Shown: piece by piece, positions 12,301 to 22,100 of the stretch | Layout of the letters: every line of letters starts with the position of its first letter | Position numbering within the stretch: position 1 is the first letter of the stretch | Origin: Auanema rhodensis | Lineage: Eukaryota; Animalia; Nematoda | NCBI GenBank assembly: GCA_964057225.1 | Contig: OZ059894.1 | Span: 9,672,001 to 9,736,000 of the forward strand | Direction of reading: 5' to 3' | DNA length: 64,000 bases | Made by a program: the position numbers and the translations under genes | The notes under the pieces: model-generated | Told to the model about the DNA's origin: nothing | Databases searched by the model: none | Seen by the model: only the letters and a program-made list of their open reading frames with translations

Positions 12301-15300
12301 TCAACCAGATTAATACAGGAACAGGGTATCCCGTAACTTTACCAGATAAGCTGAAATTAAACATTAAAACCGGTCATTTGGAAGCAAATCAGTAAAATAA
12401 GTTCTCACGTGGTGTATAGTTACATTTTCAAATCTTACGTGAAGCATACACCGTATGCCAATTTCACGTGAAATTAAAAAAAAAGTGAAAAACTTACGTG
12501 ACAGTTTCTCCTTCTCTAGCATTAACATCAGAAACTTGGCTTGTAATTCCAGCTGGTTCAAATTCTCGATCAAAGAAACAACGCTCTTCAAATGGAATAG
12601 ATTCTAAATTTGAATACTTAAACTTCAAAACTGTTCATGAAAATCATACTTTTAACATCCAGCTGTACAAGACAACTTTCAGAACCAGCACTATTTTCAG
12701 CATAGAAAATGATTTCTCCTGATTCTTCTAATCCAACTTCTTCAAATGTTAATGTGACATTATATAAATATTCATCATTTGTAACAGAAATTGTCAAATT
12801 TTCTGATTCTTTGATTTCCTGCTCATTATGATATACGCATAACTATAAATATTATATTATAAAATATATAAACTGATTTGATATATTCTTACTGATGGCT
12901 CTGGACTGGCTGTAAATTTCACTTCAACTGTTACATATTCACCTTCAGTACACACAATGTACTGTTCTGGTTCTTCAAAACATGGCTGAAGCTCTAGCTT
13001 TACTATTTCTTCTGAAATAATTAGTAAAATAAATTAAAATATGAAAACGACACAAACCTTTACGACTTTCATTCAATGAAATACACTGTTGCAAATTGCT
13101 TTGAGAGTTCCTCGATAATGTATCTGATGTACTATCTTGCTCAATTGATTTTGATAGAACTTCATCAATAGTTATATCACTTGTAACTGGTTCCATCATT
13201 TCTTTTTCCAATTGAGCTTGACGTTTAGCTTCGAGAAGTTTTTCTGTTTCTTCAGAAATATATTTGGTTTTGGTGACCATCACATTTTGACTTGTTGTAC
13301 TAAGGGAATCCTTGGTTTTTCTGGTTTTTCTTGTTGACTTGATAATCTCTGTGCCTTCTTCACATGGAACTACAACTTCAATCTCTTCACCAGGATGAAC
13401 AAACTCAGTTGTAGTTTCAATAACAGTCTTCTTGATTATCTTAGTTTTTCCCTTAGCCTTTGGTTGTTCAGTAGACAGACAAGCTTTATCTTTAGCTTTA
13501 TCTGTCAATGCGATGTCAGCTGCTTGTTGCGCTTCAGAATCTTTACCCAATGTTTGTTTTGATTGTGATTCTGAATACGAATCTTTATCTTTAATTATAG
13601 AAGTTGTTTGTTTCAAACTTTCAGCATCATCAGCATCTTCCGAATTTTTCATTTGAACGTTTTGAGAATTGATTGTAAATTCTGTTGAATCCTCTTCTCT
13701 TAAGTTCATTTCAGCAATAACATTTTCTCCTTGCTCTTCAGGAACCTTTTCAAAGATTACAGTTTTCGATTTTTCCGAAAAAGAAGATTTGCCTTTCTTC
13801 TTTATATCCGATATCTTCATATTTTCTTCTTCTTCTGGTGTTTTTGTGAGAGCAAAACCTTTGCCAGAAAGACTAAGCGAGTCTTGAGCATCCTGCTTAG
13901 ATTCGACCGATTTCGTAACGGTGACAGCTTCTTTAGCTTCAGTCTTTTTAAGCTTCAAAGATTTTCTCTGTTCAGATAATGAGTCAGAAGCTTGAACCTT
14001 CTGCATTTCTTTCTCCGTCAATGTTGCTTCTTCGGATTTTTGAGTATTCTTCAATTTCAAATTTTGGTTCTTCTCACTATAGACTGATGGTACCGATGAA
14101 ATTGGTAAAGGTGAAGATATCTCAACTGCCTCTTCCTGCTCTGACTTGCCAACCAATTTCAGGTTCCTGCTCTTCTCACTGTACGTTGATGGTTCCATTG
14201 TGCCAGGCAAAGCAGAGGATTTTTCAACCTCCTCACTTTGCTTAGAATTTGATTTCAATCTTAAATTCTTGTTTTTCTCATTGAAGGTGGTAGAATCATT
14301 AATTTTTGTCTTCTCCAGGCATGAGCCTGTTGTGTCAGCTAAGCTATCTTCCTTAGAAAGCTTAGTTTTCTGCGTTCTTTCAGCATAACTATCAGTTGAT
14401 TTTGTTGGTAAATTGCGAGCTGCATCACTGCTTTCTTCAGTTTGCTTCAAACCGACATTTTTAGTTTTCTCTTGATAGCTTTGACGTTTTAAATCAATTT
14501 CCTTGGATGTCTTGTCAGCTGACAGATTCTCTTCCGGTTTCGTAAACTTGGATCGTTTTGTTTTCTCCGTTAATTGATCCTGAGCTTTCTCGACTTCAGC
14601 GTGTGTTATTTCCGCTTGCTCATTGGCGACTCCTTTTGATTTCAAAGATGATCGTAGTGTTTTCTCACTAAACTCAGACATCTCTGCTGATGTTTTCTCC
14701 GGATTTGATATTTCAACAGTTTGTTCCATGCTGTCCTCCTTAGCCAACTCCTCCTCGATGCTTACGGCTACATCTGTTGGCTCCGATACGCTACCGTGAT
14801 GAGCATGTCGAAGAGAGGATGTTACATCCAAACTTGTACTTTGAACGATATCCTCATGAACAAGTTGTAAATCACTATCGACCGATGTTATCGTAGCTTC
14901 TTTAATGCTCAAATTCTTTGTCAGACGTTTGGATCCTTTGCGAATTTGACGCTTGGTTTTTTGCCTTTCCTCCGTATGTTCTAAGGATGTGTCCACAACG
15001 ACTTCCTCCGCATCCAATGTATCAGCTTGCATCCTAATATCCACATCGTCAGCAGCATTTATCTCACCTTTCCCATTGGCAGACGTCGATGGTGCTAACT
15101 TTTCTGTGTCTGTTTGTTCAGCTATTGAAGCCGAAACTGCAAAATCACAAGTTAACGTACTCGGACATACTTGTTCCACTTAATAGCCATTCTGAAAATT
15201 TATTTTTCGGCACACGAATGCACCCATGAGACTGCACTTTTAGTTTACGAGTACCAGTACCAACATGTATCAAATCTTATATAAAGTTTGTATAAATTTT

Positions 15301-16121
15301 GAAAGATGAACAATGAATAGATAAAGAGAAAAACAGATAGATTGTTAAACATGCAACATGCACAAGACAAGAAAACAGATATTGACGACACATATTTCTT
15401 TGTAAAAATAAAGAAATTCATGACAATATATCCACATATATACTATATATTATACATAAATACATATAGTAGAACGATTGTCACGAGCTCACTTACCCTC
15501 AGATATCAATCGCAACATTAAGTAAACAAACATACCGTCCTCAATATTGATTTCAATCTCAGATACCCCATCATCTGAAGAAGAAATTAATATAACTGTC
15601 TAATAGAAACATGGCAAAATAATGTTTTTTTCTCCAAATTTCAAGATGATGATGACGCAAAATAGAAAACAAGAATAGTCAAGATTGTTTCGCAATAAGA
15701 ACGAACAGAAAGGAAAGAAGAAACGATTTCATGACAAGTATTGCGAGAAAGCAAGAATGTTGAAACTTGAAATATGAAGCTTTTTGGAACAAAATTTTAA
15801 TTTTTTTCACATATTTTAAAGTCTTGACGATATTGTACAAGCTAAAAGTGTTCACGATGATATTGACAAGTGCTTGAACGGTTTTTTTCTCAGCAAAGGG
15901 ACATGAACAAAGGTGAGTTTACAGCACACATGTGCTTCAAGAGAGGTTAAAAATTAAAAAAGAAAAGCAAAAAAAGCATGAGAATAATACAAATTTTTAA
16001 ATAATGAACCTATTTTTGGATAAAAGAACTATGATTTTTCAAAGTAGTCAATGGAGAAAAAAAGTGTGAATGAGAAAAAGAGAGTAAGAAGGATGGAGAG
16101 AGAAAGAGAGAGAGGGAAAGA

Positions 16122-16153
<32 letters not shown>

Positions 16154-19100
16154 AATTGAGAGAGAAATAGAGATACAGAGAGAAAGAGAAAGCAAGGTTA
16201 TGGAGAGAAAGTTGGAGAGATGTACACATATAATCCGAATAAGGGCAATAAACAAATGCTTGATAATGGTAAGAATTCAACTAACACGAGTTTTTTTGCG
16301 AAACTCAGAAAATAGAGTTGATTTACTTTCTGGAAAAATCTCGAAAAAGCTTTAGGCAAATCAGAGATGATATTGCGATCAGTTGGGATTCTGAATTTTT
16401 TGTTGTTTACATAAAAGATTTTGAAAGATATGAGATAGATGACCAATGCGTAGGAGTTCATGATTAATTTGCAAATTTTGGAACAAAAATTGAGAATTAG
16501 AAGAATAATTTGTTAATAAAGATGAATAGAAGGTAAATCTCATACAATAACAATGAAAAAATAAATGAAAATAGCTTCAATATTGTAGAAAATCCAAATA
16601 GTAATGTAGAAAATAGGAATATTGTAATCGAAAAATATAAAATGTGTAGGAAATACTTCTTGAACGTCGCAAAGGTTTAAACGCTTGTGCTACGAGATAG
16701 CTGTAGAGCAACACACGCATGCAGATGATAAATAGAGAGCAGAGGTTGCTCCGTGCAGCTGGTCGGTCGGCTACGTCTCGATGAAGCTGGCTATATCTTC
16801 AGCACTATCTTCAATGCTACATCTTCGTTCTTCATATTTTCTTCGCCATCTTCTCTATCTCATCCTTCTTCACATATCTCAGTCTCGTTTCTATCGTCGT
16901 CAGATAAAATGCAGGTCGCGTCGTCGCGCGCTCCGTGCCCCCGCAGACGCAGATACAAGAGACGCGAGAGCACTCTCCAAGCTCTCTAACTTGAGGTGAA
17001 GCAGCAACCAGCGTCAGTAGTGGTTTTCACCGATAAACTACAAGACATTTAGGCATTGAAGAAACAAGAAGAAGACATTGGAAAGTATATGTAGAGGAAG
17101 TGAAGGATAAGGAGAAATAGATGAAAGTGGAGAGAAAAAAGATAAAAGAGAGAACAAGTAGTGATGACGAAGAACTATAAGTGATCTCAGATAGATTGAC
17201 AAATGCCGATGTGCGGTACAAAAGTCAAGATGAGAATGAGCGACGATGACAAGCAAGGACACCGTGCTACAGCCGGTTACTACGTAGATACTTGTCAAAT
17301 AGGCTGAAGCCGACTCTTTTCATTAGATCAGACACCAGTTAATGAGATACAATGTTTGGGAGTAACAACGTCTTGAACAACATCAAAAGGAAAACAGAAA
17401 AGAAAATGAAGAATTGTCGTATACTCTTGTTTTCAATGAATTTCTTTCAAATAATTTGGAGAAAAAACGAATAAAAAAAAAGAATTAAAGCAAAACTTTA
17501 CCGAGCTCATCTTCTTCATCCAATGTTTCCACATCTAATGATTTAGTTGGCTGACTTGCTCCAACCTTGTTGATAGCACTCACTCGGAAAGCATATAGCT
17601 CATTGGGGAATAAATCTTCGCAAACGAATTGCACACATCCAGCAGGTACTGTTCCGGCATGTCTCCATCTAGCATATTCAACAGATTTCCGTTCAATGGA
17701 ATATTCAGTGATTGGTGCTCCATGATCATCTGCGGGTGGTACCCATCTGATCTTGGCATATGTTCCACCAACTTGAACAAGTTCAAGTTGTTGAACAACG
17801 GATGGTACATCTACAACAATGATTGGAACTTCTAGAACATCTTCATGAGCGTCATTTGAAGCTTTGAAAATGATTTTTCCAGTGTCCGACTGTTTGATGT
17901 TTTTGATTCGAACAGAAACGAAATCATCGTAAACTTCCACATTACCACGAAGTTTCAAATCTTGACCATTTATCGTCATCTCCAATTTGGGTGTAGGATG
18001 ACCAATGAAATGAACGGTGAAATCGAAATGCTTTCCAGCATCCAATGAATGAGTATCACAACCCTCATATGTGAGTTTTGGTCTAATATCCATATCCAAT
18101 ATAGCTTGTTGTGACCAGACAACATTATCAACTTGGGCTGTAATTTTGCCCAAATCGCTTGGCTCAACATTATGAATTGTTAGCTCAGAAACAGCATCTC
18201 TAGTTTCAATTTCAATTTTACCATATTTGGCACTAATCTCTCTTGAGTTACGATACCATTTCACAATTTGAGCCTTCTTATTGAATTTACATCTGAAGAC
18301 AGCGTTCTCTTCTGGTTTCATGATTTTAACAGGTAACGGCTGTTCAATAAACTCAATTTCACCTAAAATATAGAACTGTTTTAAGGAAAACAAAATCGAA
18401 AAAACCATCACTGAATCCAGACTCCAAATCCAATGTTAACGTATGAGAATCTGCAGTTGATATATCCTCTTCCATTTCGTTGCATGTACCCAAATCAGAA
18501 TCAATTGGAGACAATCTTTCCACTGAAAACGCTAAAAAAATTTAACATTTGAAATGCCAGAACCAACCTTCTTCTTCAGATTTAACCCCTTTTTTGCTAT
18601 CCCCTTCAGCTTTCTTCTCAACTTTAGCCTTCTTCTTCGGTTCAGCTTCGTCCTTCTTCTCCGCTTCAGCATCACCCTTCTTCTCCGCTTCAGCCTTCTT
18701 CTCAGATTTAGCCTTTTTCTTTGGTTCAGCTTCAGCCTTCTTTGGTTCAGCTTCAGTCTTATTCTCAGTTTGATCTTCCTTTGTTGGTTCTGCCTCGACC
18801 TTCTGCTCAGCTTCAGCCTTCTTCTCAGCATCAACTTTCTTCTCAGCTACCTTCTTCTTCTTGGGTTCAGCATCAGCCTTTGTCTTTGATTCAGCTTCAG
18901 CCTTCATCTCAGCTTCAGCCTTCTTCTCGGCTTCAGCCTTCTTCTTTAGTTCAGCTTCAGCCTTCTTCTTTGGTTCAGCTTCAGCCTTCTTCTTTGGTTC
19001 AGCTTCAGCCTTCTTCTCAGCTTCAGCTTCAGCCTGCTTCTTTGGTTCTGATTCAGCCTTCTTCTCAGCTTCAGCCTTCTTCTCGGCTTCAGCCTTCTTC

Positions 19101-22100
19101 TCAGCTTCAGCCTTCTTCTCGGCTTCAGCCTTCTTCTTTGGTTCAGTTTCAGCCTTCTTCTCAGCTTCAGCCTTCTTCTTAGCTTCAGCCTTTTTCTCAG
19201 CTTCTGCCTGCTTCTCAGCTTCAGCCTTCTTCTTTGGTTCAGTTTCAGCCTTCTTCTCGAGTTCAGCCTTCTTCTTTGGTTCAGCTTCAGCCTTCTTCTC
19301 AGCTTCAGCCTGCTTCTTTGGTTCTGCTTCAGCCTTCTTCTCAGCTTCAGCCTTCTTCTCTGCTTCAGCCTTCTTCTTTGGTTCTGCTTCAGCCTTCATC
19401 TCAGCGTCAGCCTTCTTCTTTGGTTCAGCTTCAGCCTTCTTCTCAGCTTCAGCTTCAGCCTGCTTCTTTGGTTCTGATTCAGCCTTCTTCTCAGCTTCAG
19501 CCTTCTTCTCGGCTTCAGCCTTCTTCTCAGCTTCAGCCTTCTTCTCGGCTTCAGCCTTTTTCTCGGCTTCAGCCTTCTTCTTTGGTTCAGTTTCAGCCTT
19601 CTTCTCAGCTTCAGCCTTCTTCTTAGCTTCAGCCTTCTTCTCAGCTTCTGCCTGCTTCTCAGCTTCAGCCTTCTTCTTTGGTTCAGTTTCAGCCTTCTTC
19701 TCGAGTTCAGCCTTCTTCTTTGGTTCAGCTTCAGCCTTCTTCTCAGCTTCAGCCTGCTTCTTTGGTTCTGCTTCAGCCTTCTTCTCAGCTTCAGCCTTCT
19801 TCTCTGCTTCAGCCTTCTTCTTTGGTTCAGCTTCAGCCTTCATCTCAGCGTCAGCGTTCTTCTTTGGTTCAGCTTCAGCCTTCTTGTCTGCTTCAGCCTT
19901 CTTCTTTGGTTCAGCTTCAGCCTTCTTGTCTGCTTCAGCCTTCTTCTTTGGTTCAGCTTCAGCGTCAACCTGCTTCTTTGGTTTTGATTCAGCCTTCTTC
20001 TCAGCTTCAGCCTTCTTCTCGGCTTCAGCCTTCTTCTCAGCTTCAGCCTTCTCCTTCGGTTCAGTTTCAGCCTTCTTCTCAGCTTCAGCCTTCTTCTCAG
20101 CTTCTGCCTGCTTCTCAGCTTCAGCCTTCTTCTTTGGTTCAGTTTCAGCCTTCTTCTCGAGTTCAGCCTTCTTCTTTGGTTCAGCTTCAGCCTTCTTCTC
20201 AGCTTCTGCCTGCTTCTCAGCTTCAGCCTTCTTCTTTGGTTCAGTTTCAGCCTTCTTCTCGAGTTCAGCCTTCTTCTTTGGTTCAGCTTCAGCCTTCTTC
20301 TCAGCTTCAGCCTGCTTCTTTGGTTCTGCTTCAGCCTTCTTCTCAGCTTCAGCCTTCTTCTCAGCTTCAGCCTTCTTCTCAGGTTCAGCCTTCTTCTTTG
20401 GTTCAGCTTCAGCTTTTTTCTCGGCTTCAGCCTTCTTCTCAGCTTCTGCCTTCTTCTCGGGTTCAGCCTTCTTCTTTGGATCAGCTTCAGCCTTCTTCTC
20501 GAGTTCAGCCTTCTTCTCGAGTTCAGCCTTCTTCTCAGCTTCAGCCTTCTTCTCGAGTTCAGCCTTCTTCTCGGCTTCAGCCTTCTTCTCAGCTTCAGCC
20601 TTCTTCTTTGGTTCAGCTTCAGCCTTCTTTTCAGGTTCTGCCTTCTTTTCGAGTTCAGCCTTTTTCTTTGGTTCAGCTTCAGCCTTCTTCTTTGGTTCAG
20701 CTTCAGCTTTCTTCTCGGCTTCAGCCTTCTTCTTTGGTTCTGCTTCAGCTTTCTTCTCGGCATCAGCCTTCTTCTCAGCTTCTCCCTTCTTCTCAACTTC
20801 AGCCTTCTTCTTTGGTTCATCTTCAGCCTTCTTCTCAGCTCCAGCCTTTTTCTCAACTTCAGCCTTCTTGTCAGCTTCTGCCTTCTTCTTTGGTTCAGCT
20901 TCAGCCTTCTTCTTTGGTTCAGCTTCAGCCTTCTTCTCAGCTTCAGATTTCTGCTCGAGCTCAGCCTTCTTCTTTGGTTCAGCTTCAGCCTTCTTCTTTG
21001 GTTCAGCTTCAGCCTTCTTCTCAGCTTCAGCCTTCTTCTCAGCTTCTGCCTTCTTCTTTGGTTCACCTTCAGCCTTCTTCTCAGGTTCTGCCTTCTTCTC
21101 GAGTTCAGCCTTTTTCTTTGGTTCAGCTTCAGCCTTCTTCTCAGCTTCTGCCTTCTTCTTTGGTTCAGCTTCAGCCTTCTTCTCAGATTCTGCCTTCTTC
21201 TCGAGTTCAGCCTTCTTCTTTGGTTCAGCTTCAGCCTTCTTCTTTGGTTCAGCTTCAGCCTTCTTCTTTGGTTCAGCTTCAGCCTTCTTCTCAGCTTCTG
21301 CTGTCTTCTCAGCTTCAGACTTCTGCTCGAGCTCGGCCTTCTTCTCAGGTTCAGCTTTTTTCTTTGGTTCATCTTCAGCCTTCTTCTCGAGTTCAGCCTT
21401 CTTCTTTGGTTCAGCTTCAGCCTTCTTCTTTGGTTCAGCTTCAGCCTTCTTCTCAGCTTCTGCTGTCTTCTCAGCTTCAGACTTCTGCTCGAGCTCGGCT
21501 TTCTTCTTTGGTTCAGCTTCTGTCTTCTTCTCGAGTTTAGCCTTCGTCTCTGGTTCAGCTTCAGCCTTTTTCTCAGTTTCAGTTTTCGTCTCAGCGTCAT
21601 CTTTCTGCTCAGCCTTAGGTTTCTTCGCAGCTTTAGTTTTCTTCTTTGGTTCAGCTTCAGCCGTTTTCTCAGTTTCGGCCTCTTTCTTTGCTGTTGTTGA
21701 TTCATCGTGTTGTTCTTGCTCACTTTGTTTTTTCTTCTTCTTGATAACTTTAGATGGTTCATTGGTAGTTTCGGATTGTTGATCCAGTTCCTCTTGAACT
21801 GTTTCTCGTTCGTTCGTAATTTCATCGAGTTCCTCTAATTCTTTTTTGGGAAGTTTGATAATTTTGTGTGCAAATTGATCTCGTTCTTCATCAAATGATA
21901 GATCAGGACATATAAACTCAAAATCTTCAAATTGTTCTTCGTCAATTGGCGTAATAACGTCGACCGTGGCACTTGGCACTCCGGGACCGTACTGGTTTGT
22001 TGCTATTACACGGAATGCATACATCTCTCCAGGTACTAATTCTTGAGCAATATAATTCTTATTATTCTGAACTTTCATTTTGCGCCAGCGACTGCTCTCT

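Noticed and set aside
15137-15191. Using the TTTTCAG at 15192, or the ORF-track GTG at 15179, as the start of the 2-kb exon
   Set aside because: An in-frame TAA lies at 15180-15182 and the other two frames also stop. Only the 15137 acceptor gives the required phase.
16010-16461. Short ORFs with SLSLSL/FSLS runs
   Set aside because: Translation of the (CT)n/(GA)n microsatellite and AT-rich intron.
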